Positions 31,308-46,076 of a stretch of 64,000 bases of DNA are shown one piece after another. Source of the DNA: an uncultured delta proteobacterium. GTDB taxonomy: Bacteria > Myxococcota_A > Polyangia > Polyangiales > Polyangiaceae. Below the pieces are notes generated by a model. It made no database searches. It was not told the origin of the DNA and saw only the letters and a program-made list of their open reading frames with translations. A program made the position numbers and the translations under genes. The DNA lies in assembly GCA_963716725.1 (NCBI GenBank), contig CAVQUB010000011.1:1-64000 (forward strand). The letters are read 5' to 3'. The first letter of the stretch is position 1. The number at the start of each line of letters is the position of its first letter.

Positions 31308-32351
31308 GTGGAGCGCGCCCAGTCCGTCCCGTTGGCCAAGAAGACGACTCTCGGGGTCGGAGGCAACGCTCGCGAGTTCGCGGTGGCCACCTCTGAGGCG
31401 GACGTCGCGGAAGCGGTGCGCTGGGCCCGCGAACACGACGTCGCGCTGCACGTGCTCGGAGGCGGCAGCAACATCGTGGTGGCCGACGCGGGCGTTGCCG
31501 GACTCGTGCTCTCCATCGCTCTGCGGGGCATCGACTGGCTCGACGACGGACGGGCCGTCGTTGCGGCGGGCGAGCCCTGGGACGCGTTCGTGAGGCAGGC
31601 CGTGGAACGCGGGCTCGCGGGCGTCGAGTGTCTCAGCGGAATCCCCGGGCTCACGGGCGCGACCCCCATCCAAAACGTCGGCGCCTACGGGCAAGAGGTC
31701 AGCGAGTCCATCGAGCGCGTGCACGCCCTCGATCGGCGCACGGGCGAGCGAATCGAGCTCGACAATCGCGAGTGCGCGTTCGCCTATCGCGACAGCTTCT
31801 TCAAGAGCCGGGCGCCCAACCGCTTCGTCGTACTGCGCGTCGAGTTTCGATTGCGCCCCGGGGGAGCACCCAAGGTGCGCTACGCCGAGCTGGAACGCGA
31901 GCTTTCCGGGGCCCCGAGCCTGGCCGATCTTCGCCGCACCGTGCTCGGGCTGCGAGGCAAGAAGTCGATGATCTTCGACCTCGCGGACGAGAACGGGCGC
32001 AGCTGTGGGTCCTTCTTCGTGAACCCCATCGTGAGCGCCGAGCGCGCTGCCACCTTCGACGATGCCAACATGCCCCGCTACCCGCAGCCCGACGGCCGCG
32101 TGAAGCTCTCCGCGGCCTGGCTGATTGAGCACTCGGGCCTCGCGAGGGGCGCTCGCGACGGCGCGGTCGGTCTCTCGACGAAGCACACGCTCTGCATCGT
32201 CGCCCGTGACGGCGCTCGGGCGTGCGACGTGGTGCGCTTCGCGGCGCGAGTGCGGAAGACGGTGCTGGACCGCTTCGGGATCTCGCTCGAGCCCGAGCCG
32301 GTGTTCTGGGGCTTTGGTCCCAGCGTGGGTGGCCTGCCGCTCGTCGACTGA
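31308..32351 (+). CDS. murB: UDP-N-acetylmuramate dehydrogenase
   Basis: LGGGSN, IPG..GATPIQNVGAYG, YRDS, GSFF.NP, LEPE. Confidence 0.95.
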   Translation: MERAQSVPLAKKTTLGVGGNAREFAVATSEADVAEAVRWAREHDVALHVLGGGSNIVVADAGVAGLVLSIALRGIDWLDDGRAVVAAGEPWDAFVRQAVERGLAGVECLSGIPGLTGATPIQNVGAYGQEVSESIERVHALDRRTGERIELDNRECAFAYRDSFFKSRAPNRFVVLRVEFRLRPGGAPKVRYAELERELSGAPSLADLRRTVLGLRGKKSMIFDLADENGRSCGSFFVNPIVSAERAATFDDANMPRYPQPDGRVKLSAAWLIEHSGLARGARDGAVGLSTKHTLCIVARDGARACDVVRFAARVRKTVLDRFGISLEPEPVFWGFGPSVGGLPLVD

Positions 32352-32368
32352 AGGCGCGACGGAACGGA

Positions 32369-35041
<2,673 letters not shown>

Positions 35042-35112
35042 GGCAGGACTCGGGGGTCTAGCACAGGCCCCCGGGCGGCGCGCGACGTAGTAACATCGCG
35101 CCCTGACCTCGC

Positions 35113-37525
35113 ATGCCTGACGCCGCACTCGCCCTCCTTGCCGCTCGTGACCTTGGCCGGGTCGAGCAACGGGTCGCGCTGCGCGGCAGGCTCGACATCG
35201 GCAGCGGCTCGCGGCAGCCCGCGAGCCTGGTGAGGACCACCGGCGGCCTGTACCTGGTGGCGGCCAAGAGCTCGGCCGAAGGCGTCGCCATCGATCTCGT
35301 CGCGCGCAGCGACTTCCGCTACGAGCTCGGCACCCTCGGCGACCGGCTCTCCGTTGGTGACGTCAGCGTGGTGGTGCCCGCCACCGCGCGTCGCGAGGCG
35401 CGCCTCTGCGTCGCCCTCGGGCGGTTGGGCGGCGCTGACGCTGATCGTTTCGGGGACCGAGGCCGGCACGTGGGCGATTCTGGGCCCGGTCTCCCGGGCC
35501 TTCCTGTCCGGGTTGCTCGATCCGGACGAGCTGCTCCTGGCGATTCGCGAGACCGACGAGGACGCGCCGGTCGAGTCGCCAATCGCGCCGGGCAGCAGCG
35601 GTACCGGCTCACTGGTCGTCACCGATTGGCGCATCGCCCGCGTGGTCTTGAGCTTGCTCGGTGACCATCGCGTCGAGCCCCTCGACGGCGTGAGGCTGAC
35701 CCTCGACGAGAGCCTGGGCAGGACCGACGTCTTGGCCGGCAGCTTTCGCTGGCGCATCCACCGAGGCGACGTGGAGGTCTGGCGCGAGCTGCTCACGGCC
35801 CTCGAACTCGATGGCGCTGCCCGCGTGCGCGCCTTCGCCCGTTTCAACTGGCTCGGTCGCACGGATTCGGCGTCGCTGTCGTTTTGCCGCACGCTGCTCG
35901 AGCGCGGAGCGAGCGAAGGTGACCCGTTGGCCACCATGGCAGCGTTCATGCTCGCGCACGAGAGCTCCGATGCCTGGGGGCTCCCGGATGACGTCGACCC
36001 AGCGATCAGCGCCCTCGCGAACCTGCAGCCGCCACCCGACGCGCTCGCGGCGATGTGGAGAAACTTCCGCCTCTCGCCCGACGCAGGCATCGTGCTCTTG
36101 GATCGGCTGAAGGGCCACGGCGACGACGCGGAACCCTGGGCGCTGGTCTTGCACGAGCGGGTCCACGCCAGGCTCACGGAGCTGCGCCCCGATCCCAAGC
36201 GACTCGCACGCGCCGATGTCGAGCTCGCCGAGCACCTGCTCCGATCGGGCCAGCGCGAGCGCGCTCGCGAATTGCTCGAAGCGCGACTCTTGGAGCTGCC
36301 GAGCGAAGAACTCTTGGGGCTCCTGCCAGGCGAAGACGCCGATCTGACCGCTGGCGCCGGCGGTCAGGTGCTGCGCATCCGCGTCTTCGAGCTGTTGGCG
36401 GAGGCTCGCGCGACGCCTTCGGGACCCTGTGTGCGCGCCCTCTCCGAGCTGGCACGCCTGCAGCCCCTGGTGGGATCCCGCGTGCGCGCCTTGCACCAAG
36501 CTGCGGTGGGAGAGCTTCGCGACCGCGCCGCGGCAGTGCTCGCGGTCCTCGGCCCGGGCGGCCTCGCTCGCCGCGAGCCCACGGGCGACCTGCCCGAAGC
36601 CGCGCCGCTGTCAGAGACGCTGCTCGAGTCCGTGCTGCCGCATCCCGCCGCGCGGGCCGAGAGCGCGGTACTCGGTCGGGTCCAGAGCCTGCTCGCGGCG
36701 GTGCCCGAGCCCGACCACGGCACCTTGCTCGAGTACGTCGAGCCCATCAGCGCGGCGCGGCAGGCGAAGGCCACACGTGCCCTCATGAACGCCGCTCGCC
36801 TCCTGCGCGTCGAGCGCATGCAAGGCTTCGTCTCCCGAGGAAAGAAGGGCGTCGGGACCCGCGCCTACGAAGGACCACCGGCCTTCGTGCTCGTGGGCGT
36901 GCGGCACTTGGACGACGATCCCGAGTACGGCATGACGGAGACCGAGCTCGGCTTCGCCATCGCCACCGAGGTCGCGCACGTGGCCTATGGACACGCGCGG
37001 GTGACCTCCAGTGAGATCTGGCGCGGGCTCTTCGATCGCAGTCGCGAGGGCTTCGATCTCTTGCTGGGTGTGCTGCCGCTGTTCAAGAGCTATCGCGTGG
37101 CCGAGCGGGCCTACCAGGTCCTGCAGAAAATCCCGACCAGCACCCTGAAGCGCGTGATTGGCGGGGCCAGCGCCGTTCGCAATCGGCTGGCGAGTCGGCC
37201 CGATCTCGGGGTCGCACACGAGAGCGACGACGTGCTCTCGGCGATGCACGAGGATCTGGTGGCGACGGCTCGCGTGATGCAGCTGACCGCCGACCGCGCG
37301 GGACTCGTCGCGTGTCGCGATCTCGGCGCCGCTCTCCGGGCCATGCTGCTGGTGCGCCCGGACCACAGAAAAGAGCTCGCTGTCGCCGAACGCGACGGCG
37401 TGCTCGCGCTGTTGCGCGAGCGTCGCGCCGATGGTCGCTTCGCCCACCAAGATCTCGCCGTGCGCGTCGCCGCGCTCTGTGCGTTCACGCTCTCGGACGA
37501 CTACGCGCGGCTGATCGCCGGCTGA
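35113..37525 (+). CDS. Large helical hypothetical protein with degenerate M48-like C-terminus (frameshift near 35450)
   Basis: Two overlapping frames; ELGFAIATEVAH...TADRAGL pattern. Confidence 0.6.
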
Positions 37526-37553
37526 GCGCGTGCTGGACAAGAACTGAGCCGCG

Positions 37554-38669
37554 TCAGCGCCGCGTGCTCTGGCGCCGCGACAACAGCTCCAGATAGAGCG
37601 CTTCGTAGCGGCGGGCCACGGCCTTGGCCTCGTGCGTTTGGTGGATGGCCGCACGCTGCGCCTCGATCACGCGGGCTGCCAAGCCGGGCTCGCGCAAGAG
37701 CTCGAGCGTCGCGCGCACCCAGGCATCGGCCCCCTCGGCAACGTGGATCGCGCCGCCGATCTCGGAGAGCGGGCCGTGGTCCAGGGCGAGCACGGGCACG
37801 CCCAGGCTCATCGCCTCGAGCAGGACAATGGGCATGTCGACCTTGCCCCAGAGATCATCCACCGGAAACAGCACCGCGCGGGACTCCTCGACCAGCGCGA
37901 GCACGTCGGGCAAGGTGTGCGTGAAGCGCGTGTGTCGCTCGGGCAAGCGCTGCTCCAGCGCGCGGGCCACCGCATGCGCGCGCTCGGTCTTGGCGCGATA
38001 GGCGAAGACCACGACCAGGTTCGGGATCTCGCGCGCCAGGGGCTCGACCAGAGCCGCAATGTTCTCGGCGCCGCGCGACAGCTCGATGTCACCGGGATAG
38101 AGCAGAACCACCGAGTCGTCCCGCAACACGAGCCGCTCCCGGATTGCCCGGCGCGCCTCGGTGGAGCGCGGGGCAATGGGCCCCACGGGCGGCGGGATGA
38201 CCTCGACCTCGCGGGTCGGCGCGTGCTCGAGAATGCGCAATCGTGTGGCGCGACTCTGGGCCACGACAATGTCGCCGAAGAGCAGCCTCTCGGCGTCGCT
38301 GAAGTCTCGCGGTGGCGAGGCGATGGTCTGCACCACCGATGCGCGACGCAGCGTTCGGAGCGCGCGGCCCACCCGACTGCTGCGCGGGTTGGGCGCGAAT
38401 ACGAAGTGCCAGAGCGCCGCGCCAGGGCCGGTGGTCAGGTACAGCGCCGCACGTACGTTTTCCTCGAGCGCGGGAGCGTAGGCTCCGGAGTCCGAGTAGA
38501 CCGGCGCCACCTCTACGCCCGGCAGCTGCGCACCGCCCCGCACCCCCATCACGACCGGGTGAACCTGCTCGAGGTTCTGAGCGACGTCGCGCACGAAGCA
38601 CTTCGTCCCGTCATGATAGGGCGGAGCAATGGGCTTCGAGACAAAGAGCACGCGGGGCGGCGTGGGCAC
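37554..38669 (-). CDS. Glycosyltransferase family 4
   Basis: P.VLLEAMSLGVPV motif. Confidence 0.85.
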   Translation of the reverse strand: MPTPPRVLFVSKPIAPPYHDGTKCFVRDVAQNLEQVHPVVMGVRGGAQLPGVEVAPVYSDSGAYAPALEENVRAALYLTTGPGAALWHFVFAPNPRSSRVGRALRTLRRASVVQTIASPPRDFSDAERLLFGDIVVAQSRATRLRILEHAPTREVEVIPPPVGPIAPRSTEARRAIRERLVLRDDSVVLLYPGDIELSRGAENIAALVEPLAREIPNLVVVFAYRAKTERAHAVARALEQRLPERHTRFTHTLPDVLALVEESRAVLFPVDDLWGKVDMPIVLLEAMSLGVPVLALDHGPLSEIGGAIHVAEGADAWVRATLELLREPGLAARVIEAQRAAIHQTHEAKAVARRYEALYLELLSRRQSTRR

Positions 38670-38857
38670 GGCGTGGTATCGACCGACTCGGAGCGCGTCG
38701 TCAACCGCGGAGCGCGATCGCCGATCAGAACTCGACCCTGGCCCCCTTACAGCGCTGGGGGGTGTTCCTGCCCGGATGCGACGGAGTGGATCGCGGTCAG
38801 GTTGCCGCCGAAGCCCTCGCCGGGGCATCCGGCAGCGCCGTGCTAGAATCCTCAGCG

Positions 38858-39430
38858 GTGACGTCCCCCGCACTGACGCTCTGCTACGCCTACCGCGACT
38901 ACGTTCAGTTTGAGCGTGACGCGCGCGAGCGACACGAATTCGTCGGCGGGCTCATCCTCGCGATGGCTGGTGGAACCCTCGAGCACGCGCGGCTCACGGC
39001 AGCGATCATCGCGACGCTCTCTTCGCAGCTTCAGGGCAAGCGCTGCGCGGTGTTCGATTCCAACGCCCGCGTGCGAGTCCAAGCCTCGGGAAATGCGTTT
39101 TACCCCGACGCCAGCATCGTCTGCGGAAGCGCAGAGACAGACCCGGAAGACAGGCTCTCGATGCTCAATCCGACAGCACTCGTCGAGGTACTGAGCCCCA
39201 GCACGGCCCAATACGATCGCACCGAAAAGCTCACGGACTACCAGAGCATCGAATCTCTCCGCTACGTGATCCACGTCGCCCACGATCAGCACAGGATCGA
39301 AGTTTGGACCCGAGCTGAGCAGGGCTGGACGACTTCTGTGTTCCGCGCAGGCGACAGCGCCGCCCTGACCGAACTCGGTTGCAGCTTGGACGTGGACGCG
39401 ATCTATCGCGATCCGCTGGCCACGGGCTGA
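38858..39430 (+). CDS. Uma2 family endonuclease
   Basis: RHEF..G..LAMAGGT..H, YPD, VEVLSPST..DR..K. Confidence 0.9.
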   Translation: MTSPALTLCYAYRDYVQFERDARERHEFVGGLILAMAGGTLEHARLTAAIIATLSSQLQGKRCAVFDSNARVRVQASGNAFYPDASIVCGSAETDPEDRLSMLNPTALVEVLSPSTAQYDRTEKLTDYQSIESLRYVIHVAHDQHRIEVWTRAEQGWTTSVFRAGDSAALTELGCSLDVDAIYRDPLATG

Positions 39431-39500
39431 AGGCCAGCCCCTTCCCGCCTTCCTGTGGATCCGCCGGCCGACGGCCGCTGACGGCAACGGGGCGCTCCGG

Positions 39501-40301
39501 CTACTTGGTAGCCGCCGCCAGCGCTTCCGGGGCGCGTTTCACCGCGCTGGCCACCGCCGCCGCGAGCACCAGGCGCCGCAGCTCCAGTGAGCGCGTCCTG
39601 GCCTCGGCGCTGCTCGCGCGGGTGCTCGCCGAGCCCGAGACGGTGCCCGCGATGGCCTGCTCCGGCATGCGATGCACCACGTATTCTACGCTGGCCGAGT
39701 AGACCACCTCGGAGCCCTCGCGGGACTCGTTCAGCTTGCGCAAGAGGCCGGTGACCATGACCATCTTCTTGCCCTGCTCGCTCGAGTCGCCGACCTTCAC
39801 TCCGGGCAACTCGCCGAACTTCTGGCGGCTCGCCGTCTCGAGCTCTCCGGCCAGCTTGGTGCGCACGCCTTTGCCCATGCGCATGCTGCCGAGCTTGACG
39901 ATGAGCGTGACGCTGCTGCTCGTGACCAGCTTCAGCGAAGCGAGGGTGGCCGCGATTTGCGCGCGCACCGCGGAAGACGAGTCCTTCTTGTGAGCCTCCA
40001 GGGCCGGGATGCTCTGCTTGTCCCCGAGCACCTTGAGCGCCGCGGCGCAGGCGGTCCGCACCGCGGCGTTCTCGTCATCGAGTCCCTTCTCGAGAGGCAG
40101 GCGGGCGTCGGAGTGCTTGGTCTTTCCGAGCTCGAGCGCGGCCTGGACGCGCACGCGGAAGTCTTCGCCGTTCTCGAGGCGCTCGATGAGCTGCGCGATG
40201 GCAGGAGCGCCGGCAGCGCTCACGTGAGCGAACGACAGCGCCAGCGCGCACATGAGTGCGAGCGCGACTCGTTGCAGCTGGAGGCCGGACCAGTACCGCA
40301 C
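39501..40301 (-). CDS. Exported HEAT-repeat protein
   Basis: Signal peptide; RVRVQAA..LG, AVR.A.A.AL repeats. Confidence 0.8.
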   Translation of the reverse strand: MRYWSGLQLQRVALALMCALALSFAHVSAAGAPAIAQLIERLENGEDFRVRVQAALELGKTKHSDARLPLEKGLDDENAAVRTACAAALKVLGDKQSIPALEAHKKDSSSAVRAQIAATLASLKLVTSSSVTLIVKLGSMRMGKGVRTKLAGELETASRQKFGELPGVKVGDSSEQGKKMVMVTGLLRKLNESREGSEVVYSASVEYVVHRMPEQAIAGTVSGSASTRASSAEARTRSLELRRLVLAAAVASAVKRAPEALAAATK

Positions 40302-40368
40302 GCTGAACGGGAGCGTAGCTCAGTACGGACGGCGCCCCAAGATGGGTCACTGTCCCACATCCGCTCAC

Positions 40369-40905
40369 CTACTTCAGCAGCTCGGCCACGTGCGCGTCGA
40401 TCTCGAGTTCGTCGCCCTTGCGGAATCCAGCGTGCACATAACGAACGATGCCGCTCTTGTCGATGATGTACGCGGTTGGCATCGTCGGCGGCTGGTATGT
40501 GCCCGAGACGGCCTGACCTTCGTCCCACCCGATGGGGAACTTGCCGCCGTTCTTCTTGGCGAAGTCCGGGATGCCGTCGGGTTCGTCGTCGATGCTGATG
40601 CCGATGACGACGACCTGCCCGGCGTACTTTTCGGCGAGCGCTTGGTGGTGCGGGAAGGAGTCCTTGCAGGGTTCGCACCAGGTCGCCCAGAAGTCGACCA
40701 GCATGACCTTTCCGGAGCCATCGGCCAGGGACACCTTCTTCGCGTCGCCATAGTGAGCCGGGAGGTCGAAGGGCGGAGCGGGAGCGCCGACCAGCGGGTG
40801 ATCCGTGGCTCCGGCCGACTGACTGCCGCCGCCCATCTTGTTGCAGCCAAGAGCGGCGGTGCCGAGCACCACCGCGACCAAAACCCCCAAGTACCTTCGG
40901 GTCAC
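40369..40905 (-). CDS. TlpA-family thioredoxin-like lipoprotein
   Basis: ALGC lipobox; FWATWCEPC. Confidence 0.9.
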   Translation of the reverse strand: MTRRYLGVLVAVVLGTAALGCNKMGGGSQSAGATDHPLVGAPAPPFDLPAHYGDAKKVSLADGSGKVMLVDFWATWCEPCKDSFPHHQALAEKYAGQVVVIGISIDDEPDGIPDFAKKNGGKFPIGWDEGQAVSGTYQPPTMPTAYIIDKSGIVRYVHAGFRKGDELEIDAHVAELLK

Positions 40906-42445
40906 TTCTTCTTCTTGTCCTTCTTCTTGTCGTCGGTCGGAACTTCGTCGGGGCAACCGTCTTCGTCCTGATAGCCGTTCTTGGTCTCCGGCTGGTCGCC
41001 GCACTCGTCTTGCTGATCCGGCACGCCGTCCTCGTCGTTGTCAGGATCCGGGCAGCCGTCGGTGTCCTCGAAGCCGTCGGTATCTTCGGGCGCGTCCGGG
41101 CACTTGTCGAGCTTGTCCGGTACGCCGTCGTTGTCGCGATCGGGCTCGTCGGGGCAGCCGTCGTCGTCCTTGTAGCCGTTCTTGGTTTCCGGCTTGTCGG
41201 GGCAGCGATCTTGATCGTCGGGAACGCCGTCGTTGTCGTTGTCGAGCTCGGGGCAGCCGTCCTGATCCTGGAAGCCATCGGGATCTTCCGGCACCTTCGG
41301 GCACTTGTCGGCGTCGTCGGGGATGGTGTCGCCGTCGGAGTCCCGCGCGCCCGCCGGACAGCCGTTGGTCTCGGGCTCCCGGCGATGGTCGGGCACTGAT
41401 CGTCGTCGTCTTTCACGCCGTCGCCGTCGCGATCGCCGCCTTCGGCCACGAACATGACGCCGAGGAATCCGCGCACCACCGGCACGCCCACACCCTGGAT
41501 CAGGCCAGTGCCGGCGCCCGCCGAGATCACGATCGGCGAGTCGATGGGCATGATCTGGATGCCGCCGTCGACCTCGAGCGAGTTCGTGCCGTTCTTCGCG
41601 CTGAACTTCGTCGCGCCGAAGCCGTCGAGCACGACCCGGAGCACCGGGCTCGGCTTGAAGCCGCCGGCGACGCCGTAGCGGAACTCGGGACCCAGGGTCG
41701 TCGAGCCCACTCGGCCTTCGCCGCGGTAGACGGCCGACAGGTTGCCGCCGAAGGAGAACGGGCCCTGCTCGCCGTCGAAGATGCCGCGGATGCCGACCGT
41801 CGGACTCGCGTCGCCGATGTACGTGTCTTTGGCGGTGGCGCGTCCCAGCGGGCCGGTGACGAATGCACCGGCGCCGACCACGAAGGGATCGTTGATCTCG
41901 CCGTGCAGGCGGTACTTGCCCTCCAGGGTGACGTCGCCCATACCCACCGCGTCGATGCCCTCTTTCGCGGCAACTCCGGTGTCGGAGAGCCCGTCACCGC
42001 TCACCCAGCTGACCGGGACCTTCAGACCGATCTGTAGCCGAGGGATCGGCGTCAGCGAGGCAAGCGCGTCTCCGGTGAGCAGGTTGTCGATGACTTTGAC
42101 GTCGGAGTGACCGGTGGCGTTGGGGTCGTCACAGTTGCTCTCGCTGAAGCAGCTCTTCACCGCGAAGGGCCGATAGGCGTAGTTGACGAAGAGACCCGCG
42201 CTCCAGGCCATCTCGCCGGAGGTGCGCACGCCCCGCGTGGAGAAGTAGTTTCGTGGCCCCGGGGCCGGATCGAAGCGCTGGACCGAGAACTCTTTCTCGG
42301 CGGCGCCTTGGGCGAAGGCGGGCGCGGCGTCGGCGAGCAGCACCGCCAGCGTGGCACCACCGATGAATCGAGCGACACGACGCGCGTCGGGCGAAGCGGC
42401 GCGGCGCTCAGGGCCAGCGGAGTGGAGTAGAGGGGGCGGGAGCAA
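40902..42445 (-). CDS. TraB-like outer-membrane beta-barrel with thrombospondin type 3 repeats, no OmpA domain (frameshift near 41385)
   Basis: QRFDPAPG barrel N-terminus; D.D.DG.PD..D.CP...E..DG..D.DGCP repeats; ends in KKKDKKKK. Confidence 0.75.
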
Positions 42446-42599
42446 CGGATCGATCCTCCGAGTCCGAGGGGGCAGCCCTCAGCGAAGCCAAGGCTCGCAC
42501 ACCCCGCCAGTCGTTCGCAACCAGCATGATCCGTCGCCAGGGGCGGCAAGAAGCCAGGGAATTCTGCGGAGGAAATGCGTCCGCGTTATCCTGCTCAGC

Positions 42600-43750
42600 G
42601 TGGCGCTCTGCGCCTCGTGCAAACACGTGCTCGAGGACAGCGCTCGGTTCTGCACCGAGTGCGGAGGGCCACAGCCCCATCGGGAGGCGGTCCGGCGCTT
42701 CGGCCAAGGCAGCGAGCTCGATCTCGAGTGGGGCAAGGTCGTCGTCGGCGACCCCGTCGGCGAAGGCGGCATGGGCGTGGTCCACCGCGCGTGGCTCTAT
42801 TACAATCCTGCGGGCAGCCGGGCCGCCACGCCGCCGCATCCGGTGGCGGTCAAGGTGCTGCACCCGCTGCTCAAGAGTCGGGAGCGCGCGCGCCGGCTGT
42901 TCGTCGGCGAGGCCGGCGCACTCAGCCGGCTGTCCCACCCGAACATCGTGCATTTCTTCGCCATGGTGGAGCCCGCGGGGCAGCTCGCCATCGTGATCGA
43001 GTTGGTCGAGGGCGAGCCGCTCTCGGCCCTGATCGAGCGCCAAGCGAAGCAGGGCTCCGATCGCGGTGGGCTGCCGTGCATGCCCTTCATGCGGGCCTGG
43101 CACTTCTTCTCGCAGCTGCTCGGTGCGTTGGCCGCCATCCACGCGCTCGGGATCATTCACCGCGACGTCAAGCCGAGCAACGTGCTGGTGCGCGTCGACG
43201 GCGTGATGAAACTGACCGACTTCGGCATCGCGCGCCTGCCGGCCGACGAAGCCAGGAACACCGGCGGCATGGCTCCCGGAACCGGCTGCTACATGTCTCC
43301 GGAGCAAGTGCTGGGCAAGGACATCGACGCCCGGGCGGATCTGTACAGCGCGGCCATCGTGCTGTTCGAGATGCTCACCGGCGTGACGCCCTTCGACGCC
43401 CCGACCCGAAACGAGATCATGGTACGCACCGCCCAGGTCGAGGAGCCGCCCCCGGCCCTCACCGCGCACGTCCCTGGAGCGCCGGCCGTGCTCGACCTCT
43501 TGTTTGCCCGGGCACTCGCCAAGGATCCAATGCACCGCTTCGGCTCGGCCATCGAGCTCGGGCGAGGCCTTCCGCGAAGCGCTGGACCTGCCGGAGAGCG
43601 CCGGCTGGTCGGCCCAGCAGCGGCTGGCGGACAACGCCGCGGCAATCTCGCAGCTCGGGCTGCCCGAGAGCAGCGCGCCCCAGCGTGCCCAAGACCCAGG
43701 CGGATCAGATGCGCACCGACGTGATGCAGGCCTACGAGGCACAGCGCTGA
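42600..43750 (+). CDS. Ser/Thr protein kinase with N-terminal zinc ribbon (C-terminal frameshifts)
   Basis: CASC..CTEC; GEGGMGVV, VAVK, HRDVKPSN, DFG, YMSPEQ. Confidence 0.9.
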
Positions 43751-43827
43751 GGCCCGCGAAAGCCTTTGGGAAAGACCGTCGTTGACAGTCTTCCCGGGCG
43801 CGTGCGATAGCCTCGACCGGCCGCCGA

Positions 43828-46075
43828 ATGCTGAAGCGATCCGCCTTCCTATTGTCCGCGAGCTGGGTCGTCACGAGCGCCCTGGCGGCAGCTCAAACAC
43901 CGCCGGCAGCTCCTGCCAAACCGCCCGGCCCCGTCGCGAAACCACCCGCGGCTGCGCCCGCTCCGGCGAAGCCTCCGGCCGCGAAGCCTCCGGCCGCGAA
44001 GCCTCCGGCCGCCAAGCCTCCCGGCCGCCAAGCCTCCGGCCGCGACGCCTCCGGCCGCGGACGAACCGCCGCCCGGCGACGACGAGCCCGAGACCCCGCC
44101 CGAGGGCGAAGACGTTCCGCCGCCGCCCACGACGGGCAAGGGCCCGAGCGGACCCTCGGTCACGCCCACGCCCACGCCCACGCCCGCGCCAGGCCAGGGC
44201 CAGGGCTTCGGCCCGATGCCGATGTGGCCGCAGCCCGCCACCGACGCCGCCGCGCTCGAGAAGCAGGGCAAGGATCCAGCCGCGGCGCAGAAGCGCGCCA
44301 AGAGCAGCGACGAAATCTACGCCGAGGACTGGTGGTCCCACGCCCGGCCGGTGTTCGAGATCCACGGCTACTATCGGCTGCGCGCGGAGCTGTTCCACAA
44401 CTTCTCGCTTGGCCGCGTCGACAGCCCCAACTCGGCACTCTGGCCCATGCCGAGCGACAACCACTACAACGCCCGCACGGGGGCATCCTTCGGCCCAGCG
44501 CTGTGCACCGGCGACGAGTCCGCGGAGTCCGCTTCGGCCAGCGACAACCCGAAGGACGGCCTCTATCCGTGCAAGAACAAGACGCAGGCGGGCGCCAACA
44601 TGCGCTTCCGCCTGAACCCCGAGCTGCACGTCTCGGACAACCTGCGCGTGATGTCGCAGATCGATCTGCTCGACAACCTGGTGCTGGGCTCGACGCCTGA
44701 GGCCTACTCGAACTCGCCGAGCGACGGCGGCGGCTACCGCGTCACCAAGCGCAGCGGCTATAGCCCGATCGGAGCCTTCGACAGCACGCAGTCGCCGCCC
44801 AGCGCCGGCCTCAACAGCTTCCGAGACAGCATCCGCGTCAAGCGCGTCTGGGCCGAGTACGCGACCCCGGTCGGCCAGCTCCGCTTTGGGCGCATGCCCA
44901 GCCACTGGGGCCTCGGGATCTTGGCCAACGCGGGCGACGGCCCCGACGACGACTACCAGTCGACGAGCGACCGCATCATGTTCCTGACGGGGCTCAAGTC
45001 CCTGGATCTGTACCTCGGCGGCGCCTGGGACTTCAGCAACGAAGGGGCCACCAGCGACTCGCTGAGCCAACCCCAGGCCCAGCCCTACGATCTCGGCCAG
45101 CTCGACGACGTCGATCAGTACGTGCTCCTGCTGGTGCGCCGCAAGGACCCCGAGCTCACCAAGCTCGCCCTGGCCCAAGGCAACCTGGTGCTGAACGGCG
45201 GCGCCTACGTCGTTCACCGCCGACAGCTCATCGCCAACGAGGGCGACGGCGGCACCTGCGCCAACGGCGCGCCCACCCTCGGCTGCCCCACGGAGAACGT
45301 CGGCACTGGCTACGTCCGCCGAGGCGCCTCCGCGTGGATCCCCGATCTCTGGCTGCAGCTTCTGTACAAGAAGTTCCGCTTCGAAGCCGAGGTCGTGACC
45401 ATTCAGGGATCCATCGAGAGCACCCCGGACGACGCGGTCAACGGCCGCAAGATCAGGATGTGGGGCTTCGCCACCGAGTTCGAGCAGAAGCTGGTCGAAG
45501 ACCGGCTCAAGCTCGAGTTCAAGACCGGTTGGGCTTCGGGCGATCCGGACGTCTACGGCCCCATTGACGGGGCTGGCGGGCTGTCACCGGGCTTCACCGG
45601 GCTGCAGCCGCAGCTCGGTGACGACACCATCAGCACCTTCCGCTTCCACCCGAACTACAAGGTGGACATGATCCTGCACCGGAACCTGCTGTCCCGCGTG
45701 CAAGGGACCTACTACTTCCGTCCCAGCGTCGAGTACGACTTCATCCGCGAGCCGAGCGGCCAGCGCTTCGGCGGTGGCTTCGCCGGGATCTGGACCCGCG
45801 CCAGCGAGTTCGTGCAGACCCCGGGCCACAAGCGCGACCTCGGGATCGAGCTGAACCTCTCGCTCTACTACCAGTCGAAAGACGGAGCGCTGAACGACAA
45901 CCACGACCAGCCCGGTGGCTTCTACACCATGCTGCAGTGGGGCGTGCTCTTCCCCATGGGCGGCCTCGGCCACCAAGAAGAGGAGACCGTGCTGCTCGAG
46001 CAAGCACTCGGCGCCGGCGCGGCCGAGACCAGCACGGCGCAGATGCTCCGCTGGTACATGGGCGTCTTGTTCTGA
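43828..46075 (+). CDS. TIGR04551-like myxobacterial outer-membrane protein (frameshift in Pro/Ala repeats)
   Basis: Signal peptide, KPPAA repeats, HGYYRLR.ELF, GRMPSHWGLG, FRFHPNY, terminal Phe. Confidence 0.75.
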
Positions 46076-46076
46076 T

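Noticed and set aside
38690..38850. Riboswitch or sRNA between the glycosyltransferase and Uma2 genes
   Set aside because: Only generic GC-rich hairpins; no family motif recognised
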